In this document: piece by piece, positions 24,734 through 38,875 of the stretch
Numbering within the stretch: position 1 is the first letter of the stretch
Layout: each line of letters begins with the position of its first letter
From: Squalus acanthias
Lineage: Eukaryota
NCBI GenBank assembly: GCA_030390025.1
Contig: JASTWF010000342.1
Span: 310,001 to 374,000, forward strand
Reading direction: 5' to 3'
DNA length: 64,000 bases
Translations under genes and position numbers: made by a program
The notes under the pieces: generated by a model
Seen by the model: the letters and a program-made list of their open reading frames with translations, nothing else
The model's database searches: none
What the model was told of the DNA's origin: nothing

Positions 24734-26578
24734 AAATGGAAAATTGCCCGGGTATGTCTGGGCCACAAAAAGCGGGATAAATTCAATCCGGCCAAATTCC
24801 ACCCCATCAGCCTACTCTCAATCATCAGCAAAATGATGGAAGGTGTCGTCGACAGTGCTATTAAGCAGCACTTAATCACCAATAACCTGCTTACCGATGC
24901 TCAACCAGGACCACTCAGCTCCAGACCTCATTACAGCCTTGGTCCAGATGTGGACAAAAGAGCTGAATTCCTGAGGTGAGGTGAGAATGACTGCCCTTGA
25001 CATCAAGGCAGCATTTGACCAAGTGTGGCACAAGATGCTATAGTAAAGCTGAAGTCAATGGAGATCAGGGGGAAATTCTCTCAACTGGCTGAAGTCATAC
25101 CGAGCACAAAGGAAGATGGTTGTGGTCTTTAGAAGCGAATCATCTCAGCCCCAGGACATCGCTGCAGGAGTTCCTCAGGGCAGTGTCCTAGGTACAACCA
25201 TCTTCAGCTGCTTCATCAATGACCTTCCCTCCATCATAAGGTCAGAAGTGGGGATGTTCATTGATGATTGCACAGTGTTCAGTTCCATTCACAATTCCTC
25301 AGATAATGAAGCAGTAAGAACTGGACAACATCCAGGCTTGGGCTTATAAGTGGCAGGTAACATTGTGCCAGGCAATGACCATCTCCAACAAGATAGAGTC
25401 AAACCACCTCCCCATGACATCCATTAGCATTACCATCATCAAATCCCCCACCATCAAGATCCTGGGGGTTGCCATTGACCAGAAACTTAACTCGACCAGC
25501 CACATAAATACTGTGGCTACAAGAGCAGCTCAAAGGCTGGATATTCTGTGGTGAGTGACTCACCTCCTGACACCTCAAAGCCTTTCCAACACCTATAAGG
25601 CACAAGTCAGGAGTGTGATGGAATGCTCTCCACTTGCCTGGATGAGTGCAGCTCCAACAACACTCAAGAAGCTCGACACCATCCAAGACAAAGCAGCCCA
25701 CCTGATTGGCACCCCATCCACCACCTTAAACGTTCATTCCCTCCACCACCGGCGTACCGTGGTTGCAGTGTGTACCAGCTACCAAATGCACTGCAGCAAC
25801 TCGCCAAGGCTTCTTCGACAGCACCTCCCAAACCTGCGACCTCTACCACCTAGAAGGAGTCAAGGGCAGCAGGCACATGGGAAAACCAACTCCAAGTTCC
25901 TCTTCAAGTCATACACCATCCTAACTTGGAAATATATCGCCATTTCTTCATCGTCACTGGGTGAAAATCCTGGAACTCCTTCCCTAACAGCACTATGGGA
26001 GTATCTTCACCACACGGACTGCAGTGATGCAAGAAGGTGGCACACCACCCCCTTCTCAAGGGCAATTAGGGATGGGCAATAAATGGCAACACGGTGGCAT
26101 AGTGGTTAGCACTGGTGCCTCACAGCGCCAGAGACCCGGGTTCGAATCTGGCCTCGGGTGACTGTCTGTGTGGAGTTTGCACATTCTCCCCGTGTCTGCG
26201 TGGGTTTCCTCCAGGTGCTCCGGTTTCCTCCCACAGTCCAAAAATGTGCGGGTTAGGTGATTTGGCTATGATAAATTGACCCTTAGTGTTAGGGGGGGAT
26301 TAAATATGTGGGGTTACAGGGATAGGATGGGATATGTTAGGGGGAATTAAATACGTGGAGTTACGGGGATAGGGTGGGATATGTGTCGGTGCAGGCTCGA
26401 TGGGGATTCTGTGTGAGGGGGCAGGGACAGGGTACTGGATTTGGATGATCAGCCATGATCGTATTGAATGGTGGAGCAGGCTCGACGGGCCGAATGGCCT
26501 ACTCCTGCTCCTAGTTTCTATGTTTCTATGTAAATGCTGGCCTTGCCAGCAATGTCTACATCCCATGAATGAATAAAT
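24734..26578 (+). mobile_element. Non-LTR retrotransposon of the CR1/L2 group (distinct family), RT plus 3' end, with HE1 SINE in its tail
   Basis: [39 protein letters not shown]; tail gaatgaataaa. Confidence 0.85.
26086..26530 (+). mobile_element. HE1-type V-SINE
   Basis: tRNA-like head (tggcatagtgg, ggttcgaatc), V core gtggagtttgcacattctccccgtgtctgcgtgggtttcctcc, CR1-like tail; TSD taaatg (26080-26085, 26531-26536). Confidence 0.88.
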
Positions 26579-26859
26579 TAAAAAACGCTATTAAATTTAT
26601 GAAGCATAATTTGCCTTTAACACATCCATGTACTCGATTATCCTATACATCTCTAAACACTCCCTCATCCCAAATAATGGATGCTAAGGGGAAGAAATTG
26701 AACATTTTTCACCCATTTTTTGGGTTTTATGGCAAGCAGCAAAAGGGGAGAACTTCCAATATCAGCAGAAACCTCAGAGAAATGGAGTAAACAGCCATTT
26801 TACCCATTTATACCATTTCTGTAGGGGCGCCGTCCAAGTTACTGTGGGAGCTCAGAAGA

Positions 26860-27225
26860 ACAAGAAATTTCATGTGATAGAATATCAAAGTCAAGATGTA
26901 ATGGTGAATCTGGATAAAGCTTTCATAAGACTACAGTTGGAGCACGCTATACAGTTTTGGGTTCCACATTATAGAAAGGATGTTGAGGCAATAGAGAGGG
27001 TACAGTGCAGATTCACAAGCATACTGCCTGACATGAGAAAATACAAATTCGAAGAAAGAAGTTTTTTTTTGCTTTTTGCATTCGAAGAGAAGAGTTTAAG
27101 GGGTGATTTGATAGCATGTTTAAAATTATGAAAGGATGGGACAGAATAGACAGAACAGATTGTTTCCAGTATCTGAGGAGACTAGAATGAGGGAATATAG
27201 ATTTAAAATTAAAACCCCAATTTTA
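26860..27225 (+). mobile_element. Old CR1 fragment
   Basis: IRLQLEHAIQFWVPHYRKDVEAIERVQ. Confidence 0.75.
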
Positions 27226-27227
27226 AC

Positions 27228-30200
27228 TCAGAGTGAGAATTGGGCACAGAGATTGGCACTCCACATGGATTTGATAGTGAGCTAGAGGGGTCTGGATTTT
27301 GTGAAACATCCAGCACAAGTGAGCAGCAGCCGGTTCCAATGGCTGGGACAGCCCAGCAGAGAGCTCACCAGAGAATGAGGTCCTCTCCCAGCTCCACTGA
27401 GCAGGACAGAGATAAGGATTTCAGGGGCCAAGCTATGAAAAGAAAACTGCTTGGCTTACACAAATAGTTATACTAGGTATTCGAAGTTGCCGGCCATGAG
27501 TATCACAACAGTCTCAACATAAACAGTAGCCTTGCACCAGCTTTGCTGAGGACACTAGGCGAGCACTTCATAGGGGTAGTAGAGTTAGGACACCTAAGAA
27601 AGACACCATGAACTAAGACTTAGGTGAGAAATGAACTGAAGGTACTTATTGTGTTAGTAATTAAATTCATCACCTTTATCACATTTGGTCTGCGTTGTAG
27701 TTTTACAGCAGCTTCTGAGTCTGCATTGTCAGTATGCCATTGATATACAAGTTGCATGAATGGTTTGAATGTTCTTTGATTCAGGATTAAGGGAATTGGA
27801 GGGATGTCATAAGGACTGTTAATGCAGAGGGGCTCTGTGTAAGTTTGCAGGGCAGGGGAATGAGAAGGTTACTGAAATCACAGTGCAATTAACTCATCCT
27901 TCGCATCTCTTTCTGCAAGGCGTTGAGGTGGCCCTCCATGTTCTGTTGCTTCCTTGCCTTTACCTTGAGCTTCCTCACCCTATGAGCTATTGCCGTGCCT
28001 CCTCCAAATTCAGGCCTCTTTCTACGCAAGCCTGTGCAGGATGCAGCAAACCACTATGATGGGGGAGTTTCTTTGTGGCGGTATATTGTAGGGAGCCTCC
28101 AGCCTCCCACTATTTAAAAAAGGTGGTAGAGAAAAAACGGGGAATTATAGACCGGTAAGCCTGACATCGGTAGTGGGGAAAATGCTAGAGTCCATTATGA
28201 AAGATGTAATAGCAGAGCACTTGGAAAACAGTGACAGGATCAGACAAAGTCAACATGGATTTACAAAAGGTAAATCATGCTTGACTAATCTACTGGATTT
28301 TTTTGAGGATGTAACTGATAGAATAGATAAGGGAGAACCAGTGGATGTGGTGTATTTGGACTTTCAGAAGGCTTTCGATAAGGTCCCACATAAGAGATTA
28401 GCATGCAAAGTTAAAGCCCATGGGATTGGGGGTAAGGTACTGACTTGGACAGAGAACTGGTTGGCAGACAGGAAGCAAAGAGTTGGAATAAACGGGTCTT
28501 TTTCCAAGTGGCAGGCAGTGACTAGTGAGGTACCGCAGGGATCGGTGCTAGGACCCCAGCTATTCACAATATATATTAATGATCTAGATGAGGGAACTAG
28601 ATGTAATATCTCCAAGTTTGCAGACGACACAAAGCTGGGTGGGCGTGTGCTGTGAGGAGGATGCAGAGAAACCCCAGTATGATTTGGACAGGTTGGGAGA
28701 TTGGGCAGTTGCATGGCAGATGCAGTATAATGTGGATAAATGCGAGGTTATCCACCTTGGTGGCATTCAACAGGAAGACAGATTATTATCTGAACGGCAA
28801 TAGATTAGGAAAAGGGGAAGTGCAATGAGGTCTGGGAGTACTTCTGCACCAGTCGCTGAAGGTAAGCATGCAGGTGCAGCAGGCGGTTAAGAAGGCAAAT
28901 GGTATGTTGGCCTTCATAGCGAGAGGATTCGAGTACAGGAGCAAGGATGTCTTGCTGCAGCTGTACAGGGCCTTGGTGAGACCACACCTTGAGTATTGTG
29001 TGCAGTTTTGGTCGCCTTATCTGAGGAAGGATGTTCTTGCCATGGAGGGAGTGCAGCAAAGATTTACCAGACTGATACCTGGGACGGCAGGAATGACGTA
29101 TGAAGAGAGATTGGGTCGATTAGGCTTATATTCGCTGGAGTTTAGAAGAATGAGAGGGGATCTCATTGAAACTTATAAAATTCTAACAGGACTAGACAGA
29201 CTAGATGCAGGAAGGATGTTCCCGATGGCGGGGGAGTCCAGAACCAGAGGTCACAGTCTAAGGATAAGGGGTAAGCCATTTAGGACTGAGATGAGGAGGA
29301 ATTTCTTCAGCCAGAGAGTGATGAACCTGTGGAATTCTCTACCACAGAAGGCAGTTCAGGCCAATTCATTAAATATATTCAAGAAGGAGTTAGATATATG
29401 TCTTAAGGCTAAAGGGATCAAGGGATATGGGGAGAAAGCAGGGACAGGGTACTGAATTTGGATGATCAGCCATGATCTCATTAAATGGCGGAGCAGGCTC
29501 GAGGGGCCGAATGGCCTACTCCTGCTCCTATCTTCTATGTTTCTATGCTTCTATGTCGAGACACGTGGAGCTTTTTTTGAGGCGTCCTCAATTATGATCC
29601 TGGTGGTCCCATTGCTCTGATTATATCTGTGTTGTTCAGGCATGGTAGGCTTGCAGAGGGGTGTCATGAGCCATGTATATAGGCCCTTGTCTCCCAGCAC
29701 CCATCTTGTCACGTTGATCGAAAGTCCGAATATTGGGGGGAAGGTTGAGTTTTGCAGGATAAAATCGCGACAGTTGCCTAGGAACATTTCACAAGCTTGC
29801 CTTATACTGTTCCTGTGATCGGAGATGAGCTGCACATTAACTGAGTGATAGCTCTTCCTTTTCACGAAAGCTTCTGGCTGGTGCTCTTATGGCAACTTGC
29901 GTGCATTCTGACACTCTGGTCTCAAGGAAAGCCAGTCACAGCTGCAAATCCCTGAGCTTTCTTCTGTTGACTGCTGATGCCAATGGGGAAAGTAAGGTAC
30001 TGGTTTGCTCTGGGAAGGAGTGCATTAATGATCTGTTTAACATAGCTGTCCACTGTGATGCGGGTGGTGTCCCCTGAGGCAGCTGGAATGAGCCAGTGGC
30101 AAAGAACCTACGGGCTGTGGTGACTTTGAGAACCACTGGCAAAGCATGGGCCCCTGGTCCAACAGGCAGCAGGTCCTGTTGCAGGAGGCTTCAGGAGGCT

Positions 30201-30857
30201 GCAGAGGTCTGCGACACTCTGCCTGGAGAAGAGTAGCCTCCTGATGCATTGTTTTTCACATAGATCCAAGAAAGTGACTCTTGGCCTGTACACCCTGTGT
30301 GCTGGCTGTGAAGTCCTGCGAGCAGCCTCCTGCCACCTGATGTCTTCTGATAGGCCCAGGTGCTAGTCGTGCTGGTTACTGAGGCTGATGCTGCTGCATC
30401 TCTTGCTCCACCTCTTCCTCTATCCAAGTCAAGTTGCCAGTAACGGCACCCATGATAAGTAGTTAAAGCTTACTGAGTGTAAGTAAGGCAAAAATTCTCA
30501 GAAAGAAGCAATGTGGAAGCTGAAAACTCTCCTACGACTCCAAACAGCACAATGGCACACAGATCCTATGACCAATTACCTGTAGGTGAGTTTCTCTTTA
30601 AATAGTGCCTCCAGTGGCACTGCGAGACTAATCTGGCTGGTTTTATTAGTGGATTGGACACTGGATGGACTTCCGCTGAGTGGAGTGTATTGTGCAAGCC
30701 CTGTTCAATGGAACTGTATGGAATTCGTGGCTAACCATTGGTCCTTAATGGGACCACTGGAGACTGCTCCAAGTCATTTTTTGAATGCTCTTCCTGGCTG
30801 CACAAATATCGCTCCCGCCACCACAACCCTCTGCCTGCTATCGCCTGAACTTCCCCC
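27228..30857. mobile_element. PIF/Harbinger element F: Myb remnant (+, 27228-27630) and transposase (-, about 27872-30453), interrupted by CR1
   Basis: KRKSYHSVNVQL, WVLGDKG, LKVTTARRFFATGSFQ, YRPRVTFLDLCEKQCIRRL; end cctgaacttccccc. Confidence 0.8.
28105..29553 (+). mobile_element. CR1 LINE RT plus 3' end
   Basis: [29 protein letters not shown]; ttctatgt tail. Confidence 0.95.
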
Positions 30858-31664
30858 ATAAGCTGTCCCTGCCAGCTCAGCTCTACAGAAACGTTGCCAG
30901 ATTTCCCCAATAGGCGAGCTGTCAGTGTTCATGTATCGCTGGCAGTTCACCTATTTTATTATAATGTGGTCCAGTTACCGAGCTTGATCGAGTCTCCTGT
31001 TGGTGATATCGGGCAGGTGTGATCTCCCTGCCTAATGTCCACCCGAATCCAAAATCACCGCCGAGTCGCTTGTTGCAGAAACTATCCTACTTATCAGTCT
31101 TTATGTAAAAGACTTGCTGGGTGGATAGGCCAAAATGAAGCAGTGAACTTGGTGGTAGGACAGCCGAGAATGAGGAAAAGTGAGTGGACTGGAATGCATG
31201 GAGTATTTTCTGCCGAAACCTCAGAAACATCAATATATTCAGACTCAGACTGGGGCCTCATGCAACACTTTATATATTCACTCCCTTTTCCACACATTTC
31301 AAGCAAAGTTCTGGGCCTTATGGCAAACTCTTGAATGTCACTCACATTTCATCAGTGTCACTTCTGTGCCTGGCAAATGCTTGCTTATATTCTTGCACTG
31401 TGCTATCACTATCTAATATCTGTACCTACTGCTGCATTTTCATTATTGACTCTACTTAAAATAAAGACTTTCTAACATTAGAAATCGTATAGAATTTAAA
31501 ACATTTTCCTGTTAACAATCTAGAGTAAAGTCGGTGTAAAGCCAATAGATAAAACCCCATCCCAGGAGCTCAGGCGTGTACCAGTTTTACACCAGAATGG
31601 CTACAGTCTGATAAGAACATTGTCTGCTCTTGTATAAATGACTTGCTATGCAATGTGTTTTACA

Positions 31665-33092
31665 GAAGAATTAGGAGCAGGAGTAGGCCATATGGCCCAT
31701 TCAATAAGAACATGGCTGATCATCGACCTCAACTCCACTTTCCCGCCCGATCTCCATATCCCTTGATTCCCCTAGAGTCCAAAAATCTATCCGTCTCAGC
31801 CTTGAATATACTCAACGATTCAGCATCCACTTTCAGGTAGAGAATTCCAAAGATTCACAACCCTCTGAGTGAAGAAATTCCTCCTCATCTCAGTCTTACC
31901 CTTATCCGGAGACTATGCCCCCTAGTTCTCGACTCTCCAGCCAGGAGAAACAACCTCTCAGCATCTACCTTGTCAATCCCCCTCAAATCTTATATGTTTC
32001 AATGAGATCACCTCTCATTCTTCTAAACTCCAGAGAGTATCGGCCCAATCTACTCAATCTCTCCTCATAGGACAACCCTCTCATCCCAGGGATCAATCTA
32101 GTGAACCTTTGTTGCACCGCCTCTAAGGCAAGTTTGTCTTTCCTTAGATAAGGAGACCAAAACTGAGCACAGTACTCCAGGTGTGGCCTCACCAAAGCCC
32201 TGTACAATTGTAGCAAGACTTCCTTACTCTTGTACTCCAACCCCCTTACAATAAAGGCCAACATTCCATTTGCCTTCCTAATTGCTTGCTGTACATGTAT
32301 GCTAAAATTCTATATTTCCTGTATGAGGACAGCTAAATCTCTCTGAACATCAACATTTAATAGTTTCATACCATTTAAAAAATATTCTGTTTTTCTATTC
32401 TTCCTACCAAAGTGAATAACCTCACATTTCCTCACATTATACTCCATCTGCTACCTTATTGCCCACTTACTTAACCTGTCTATAATGCTTTGCAGGCTCT
32501 TTGTGTGGGACAGCTTACTTTCCCACCTAGCTTTGTATTGTCACCAAACCTGGATACATTGCACTCGGTCCCTTCATCTAAGTCATTAAAATAGATTGTA
32601 AATAGCTGAGGCCCAAGCAGTGATCCTTGTGGCACCCCACTAGTTACAGCCTGCCAACCGGAAAATGACCCGTTTATCCCTACTCTCTGTTTTCTGACCA
32701 TTAACCAATCCTCTATCTGCTAATATATTATCCCAATCCCATGAGCCCTTATCTTGCGTAGCAACCTTTTATGTGGCACCTTATCGAATGCCTTTTGGAA
32801 ATCCAAATACACTACATCTACTGGTTCCCCTTTAACTACTCTGCTAGTTACATCTTCAAAAAACTCTAATAAATTTGTTAAACACGATTTCCCTTTCATA
32901 AGACCATGTTGACTCTACCTAATCATTCTCTAAGTGCCCTGTTACCACTTCCTTATTAATGGATTCCAGCATTTACCCGATGACTGATGTCAGGCTAACT
33001 GGCCTGTAGTTCCATTTTCTCTCTCCCTCCTTTCTTGAATAGTGGGGCTACATTTGCTACCTTCCAATCTGCTGGGACCGTTCTGGAATCTT
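31665..33092 (-). mobile_element. CR1 LINE RT plus 3' end
   Basis: [33 protein letters not shown]1 3' UTR. Confidence 0.93.
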
Positions 33093-34137
33093 AGAATGAC
33101 ATGTATATCATGATGCACATCTTATTACTCCGACTTTGTCAGACTTGTAACTTTTATCAGAGCCGACTTGCTGTGAATTGTAATGTGAACAGAGAAGCTC
33201 AAAGTCAGTTTGGTATATGGAGCATGTTATACAAGAGCAAATCCAGGTATTAGTGCACGTGCAGAGCAATTCACATTCATCTATGTGTCCTTATTAGTCT
33301 TTTTTGTGGCCGCATGTGTCTGATCCTTCTTGATTAAGAACAGCATGGATATGTGACGCTGCGTGGTAGTATCACAATGCAAAGCAGAATAACTATTTAA
33401 AGAAGTAATCTCCAAGGGTAAGCACTGTGGAGCCATGCTTAACTCTGAGATGTCCCAGATAGCTTTCAAACTGAGCAATTCATTTTTGAAATACTCTCAT
33501 TTGCAGGATTCTTCTGCAGAGTCCTGCTTCCATCAATTAATAGTCGAATGAATGGGTGATACAAATCAAGGGGATGTCCTTGGAGAGCTTCCAGTTTCTA
33601 AGATTGATGCCGGTGTGTTCAGTCTGTTTTCAGAAATAATTGTAAGGGTGTGAGGGATGATTCAATGGATGTGGAAAGGTATCCTTTTTGTTCCGTGGTC
33701 TGTAATCTGTCTCCATCTCAGCTGCAGCAGCAATGGGAATACCATTGGCCTTAGTGTTCCCATGCTGGGAATGGGAATTCCTGCTCTTATTTATTATCCA
33801 ATAACCTTTGCTGCAAGTGAGTGTGTAGAGATTTCACTTGAGGACAGGATGAAATAAAGCAACATGATTGTGGTTTGCAATGACTAGTTAATATCTCTGA
33901 CTAGTCTTTGTGAAAATATCAATTTTGGAACTTCTAATGTTGAAGTTTGAATAAACCCAAAAGTTCACCGCTACAGGTCAGCAGACCTGTGTAAAAGGTA
34001 GATATGCCACGTCAAGTCATTAATATGAAAAACAAAACTGATTGCATGCAGTTAGACAGTTTATTTAAAATTCTATGCTTCACCACTTAAAGAAAAAGTG
34101 AAAGTCAACAGGAACAGTAAAAAAAATAGGATCCTAG

Positions 34138-34410
34138 AAAGAACTTGAATTTACATAGCGCCTTTCATATCCACAAGACATACCGAAGTGCTTCACAGCC
34201 AATGAAGTACTTTTGAAGTGCAGTTCACTTGTGTTATCTCAGCCAATACAAAGCCAATTTGTACACAGCAAGGTCCCATAAACAGCAAATGAGATACATG
34301 ACCAGTTAATCTGTTTTGGTAATGTTGGTTGGTGGAAGAATGTTAGCCAAGGCACCAGGAGAACTCCCTACTCTTTTCTGAATAGTGCCATGGGATCTTT
34401 TACATCCACC
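34138..34410 (-). mobile_element. Deu-domain SINE 3' part
   Basis: gtgccatgggatcttttacatccacc and tail matching the other copies. Confidence 0.75.
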
Positions 34411-34445
34411 TGTTTCCAAACAAACAGTGTAGACCTGGGGTAAAT

Positions 34446-36083
34446 TGTAGAATTCGCAAAATTATCGCGATTTTATAAAAATAAGAAGGAGACATAAAGT
34501 TTCGTACAAACAGCTTTTATTTCAGCAGAATGCTGTCAGGTTTCAAAACGGACACAAACAGCCTGTAAAATGGCCGCCACGCCTCGTGGCAGAAAGTTCT
34601 AGACTTTCAGTGGGCAGACAAGATGGCGTTCCAATAAACATTTGTGCAAGATCGTACAGGACTCAGCACATTTGAGATAAATGACAAGACATGATGAGGT
34701 TTACATTTTAAACATAAATACTGGAATCGGTCTCCCAGGTGCAAACAAGGGCTATTGTACTGAGTGATCAAGGACCCATCCAAAGACATTAATATGCAAA
34801 ATCCCCACGACTCTACGATGAGAGAGCCGTTTGCGGGTACTTACAGTAAGCATTTGGAAGCCCCAAAACCCCTCCAGGGAGACTACTAGCCGGTTCCACA
34901 ATGGGAGAAATATTAACGGGTACTCAGACAGTTACAAGTATCACCGAAACCCATTAAAGACTGAGGTCACCCCATACAAGAAGTTTGAGCGCCAAAAACC
35001 TGACAAAAGATAGACATTAAGATTGGGCGGGAAAAGAGGAATTACAGCACTATAACTGTAAAGTACAACCGTCCATCTTTCTCTTGCTGCTTTGACTCGC
35101 TGGAAGGCTGCTGAACTTTTATTCTCTTGCCTGACGGCTCTGGACTCTGATCCGCTAGGATCAACCTCGTGGCTTGCCGCGAAGATCTGTGGAGAACTGG
35201 GCTGTGAGGCCTGGAAGCGGGCGCACCATCCCGAGAAGTCGGTAAACGGTGTTGGAACCGAAGGCCCGAGAGGAGATGAGATGAGATGAGATGAGAAGAG
35301 AAGAAGACGACAATACGCATCGCCACGGTCAGTAAGCCCCGACCGCGCCTGTAAGTCGAATAAACACTTCTTTGAATTTTATCGGCTACTCCACAACTGG
35401 CCTAGGAAGACCCTTCTTCGAGTTCTATCGAACCGGTGTAGGGCACAGGAAGACCTTTTTTTTGAGTAGTATCAGAACTCCGAGGCCAACACAGATCTTC
35501 ATGACAGCAGACGGTCCAGCCTGCTAGCCGGAGCAGAAACGAGTAAACAAGTGGGATCCAGAGACCCCTGATCAACACGTGGATAGTCAGGTGCTGCGGT
35601 AAAAACATCCGAGCAGAGTTTCGGAATTCTCCGAGTTATCACGAGTGGTGAGCATGAGTCTCAATCCTACAAATCTAGATTAGGACAGGTATTGATAGGG
35701 GAGGGTTTAAGTTTTAAGGATAATTATAATGTGTGTCCCCTTTTACGATGTGTCATGCGCTCCTCGTTTCCCTAAAATTAGTTTCATAACTGTGTGTAAG
35801 ATTGTACTGTCGTTAATCTGTGCTTATGACATGTATCTCGTAATCTTGAATAATATGCAATAAAGATTTTCCATTTCGCACTATTCGACCGGCTCTACCT
35901 GAGTCTTTTCTCTGCATTATTGCTCTCGCACCTAAGTCCAGTGTCAGAACCGTAAGGGCGAGTGGGTTGAACCACTCACAGGTGTCTAGTGTTATCAGGC
36001 TGGCTGGAGACCAGAACAGGCAACAAGGCCTAACCTCGCACTAGCACCCAGGCTAAGCACAGAGCCGCAGGTCACCCCTTACA
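34446..36083 (+). mobile_element. Solo LTR, 1638 bp
   Basis: tgta...taca termini; 4-bp TSD aaat (34442-34445, 36084-36087); CpG-rich; gattgggcggg and tataa near 35020-35055; AATAAA at about 35359 and 35859. Confidence 0.75.
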
Positions 36084-36249
36084 AAATTTCTTCCTAGTGG
36101 TGGGTCTTTTTTGAGAATTTGAGAAAGTTACAAACTAAAGATAATAAGGGTGACAAGGGTAAAGAGAAAGTTTGTCTTTAAATGGAAAAGGAATTAACTG
36201 GAACTGAGTTTTGGTAGATAATTAGCCTTCTGGGAAGAGTAAATTGAAA

Positions 36250-38875
36250 GGCCGCGGAATTTGAGGTTCAGCGGGGCCATTAAGGCCGGTTTTGCTGAAA
36301 AGCTGGCGGGCACCTCGCTTCCATCCATTTCCGGCGGGTCCCACAGCAGGCTATTTAAAGGGATCATCAACAATTTGCAGCTGACTTGCTTTTTGATTTC
36401 TATTGGCTCTGTGTAATTTGTGTAACTGTTTAAAGGTTTCTAAAGTTATTTAAAGTTGCTGAGATGACAGGGAGTGTTGCTACAAGTGGAGAACGCTGTG
36501 CTTATCATTTAAAGGGTTCTGCTCACACCACTTGCTCGCAGTTATGAGGTGCTCTTCTTGCAGTCCCCCTCGTGCTGAAGTATGACAGGGAGATGGAGCA
36601 CAGGCAGCGAAGAGGACAAGCTGCTCACAGAGAGAGGAGGAGGAGGGGCAGGAGGGCTCTTAGCAGGTGGCCTTACCCACTTAGGGTCTTCAAGGAGCAC
36701 TTCTCCTGCTAAAGCCAGAGCAGTGTATTAGGAGGCTCTGCTTCAACAAGGAGGTGATCACAGAAATCTGCCACCTCCTGCAACAAGACCTGCTGCATCA
36801 GACCAGGGTGATGAAGGCTCTCCCAGTGGCCCTCAAGGTGACCGTGGCCCTCAATTATTTTGCCACTGTATCATTCCAGTCTGAGCTGGAAACATTGCTA
36901 ACATTTCCCAGTTCGCCATCCATCACTGCATCTGAGGCTCTGTACTCCAGGAGAAGGGACTTCATTGTCTTCTCTTTGAACAGAGAGAAGCAGGACGAGC
37001 GCGCATGCGGCTTTGCCAGGATATCGGGCTTCCAGATGGTGCAGGACGCCATCGACTACACGCATGTGCTTTGCGGGCACCACATAACAATCCTGAGATG
37101 TTCCATTACAACAAAGGCTACCACTCACTTAATGTGCAGTTGTTGTGCGACCACGCCCAGCGCATCATGATGGTGAATGCCCAGTCTCCTGGCAGCAGTC
37201 ATGATGCCTTCATCCTGTGCCAGCAATCTTCCAGCCACCACACCAAACCCATAGATGGCTGCTCGGAGACAAGGGCTATCCACTCTGCAACGGGCTGATG
37301 ACTCCCCTACGCAACCCCACCACTTGTGGGCAGCACTCTTATAATGAGAGCCATGCTGCCACGAGGAATGTCATCCAACAGACCATCGGGGTGCTCAAGC
37401 AACGGTCCTGCTGCCTTGACTGCTCAGGAGGAGCCCTCCAGTACACGACGGAGCAGGTATCCCATTTCGTGGTGGTCTGCTGCCTGCTCCACAACTTGGC
37501 CATCATGAATGTGCAGCCCTTGCCACCACAGGTTCTGGGATGAGGAAGAGGAGGCGGAAGAAGAAGAGGAGGAGGAGGAAGTGAGGAGGCAGGCAGTACA
37601 TCCACGTTCCGGACGGGCTGTCCGTAAGCACCTCATCAGACTCCACTTCTAGTGAATGAAACCCCAGATCCCCATTGCTCAGCATTTTCCCATCTTACCA
37701 TCTGTCTGTCACGGGAGATCACAGCATCCTCCTGGGCACAAAGCTGAAATGAGAGCCACCACAAAACACACATTCCAAACAAAATTTATAAATTTATCAA
37801 ATTCAAATCAAAAGAACAAATTCAACTAATCACCCTTGTGCATCCTCTAAGTATCTGTCTTTCGTGTGCCTTTTCCTACTCTAGTGCTCCACAAAGTGCT
37901 CCCCCAGTGGCTGCAGCATGGCTGGTGGAAAACTACGAACTTTCAGTGGAGGAGTCTACAAATGGCCCTGCAGGACAACCTCGAGCACCTCTGGCCCTAG
38001 AAGGCCCAGCTGTAGACTGCTCCACCTCGGCATGGGCGGCAGCAGTCTGGGCTGGCTGGATGACAGGCAGCAGCAAGGGCACTGGTGGAGTGACAGTGAT
38101 GGGAGTAGGAATGCTGTCATCCTGAGAGAGGGCATAGCTTCTTGCTCCACGGAGCCACTGCCAATCATCAGCATTCCTAGCCATCTGTTGGAACACAGAT
38201 TGCTGGACTGCTGTGACACCTTGCAAGCCCCTTTTCACACTCATAAACCCAGCCACGAGGGTTGCAGACTGCACTTCCACTGCAGAACTGAGACGTTGGG
38301 TCGCTTCCGCCTGTGCTGCAATGGAAGCTCTGAGATCATTTTTGGGTTGACAAGTTCTTTAATGGAGTTGCCCATCATTTCCATTCTGGAAATCATGGGT
38401 TCCAAGCTCTGCAAAAAAACCCATGCAGTGTTGGACTGGACTCCTCCATGCTCCTTGACACTGACAAGAGGCTCTCTGGCAGGCTTGGCATTGCACCATC
38501 TCCCTTCTTCTGAAGGCCGCCCATTGAGGTCATCACCTGAGTCGTGTGCAGCAGAACTCGTGCGCGAACTCGCCCACCGGGGAGCTGGCACCCGAGCTAT
38601 CCTTTCTCCCTGGCCTGGCTGAAGCCCACTCGTGCCCGGTGACTCACCATGTATGGATCCCGTCTCTACAGAACCCTCTAAAGTGCACGCAGTGCCATTT
38701 TCTGAGCTGGTGTCTGCAAGTGTCAGATCGAGTGATGGTGCCTCTTCTCCATCACTCTCCTCCTCTACTAAGTCGAGGTTAGGCTGGGCTGCTGGCAGTT
38801 CTTGGGTATCTGAAAGGAGAAATGCACAGGGTTCAAATTGTGGTGAGGGGAGGCGGGCGAAAGCAAGATATCCAT
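36250..38875. mobile_element. PIF/Harbinger element B (Myb-side end missing)
   Basis: Left end ggccgcggaattt; transposase on plus strand; Myb last exon on minus strand 37830-38810. Confidence 0.85.
36544..37652 (+). pseudogene. Harbinger DDE transposase, frameshifted
   Basis: [70 protein letters not shown]. Confidence 0.92.

Noticed and set aside
26086..26160. tRNA gene
   Set aside because: tRNA-derived head continuing into V-SINE core and LINE tail; the same applies to 61870-61940
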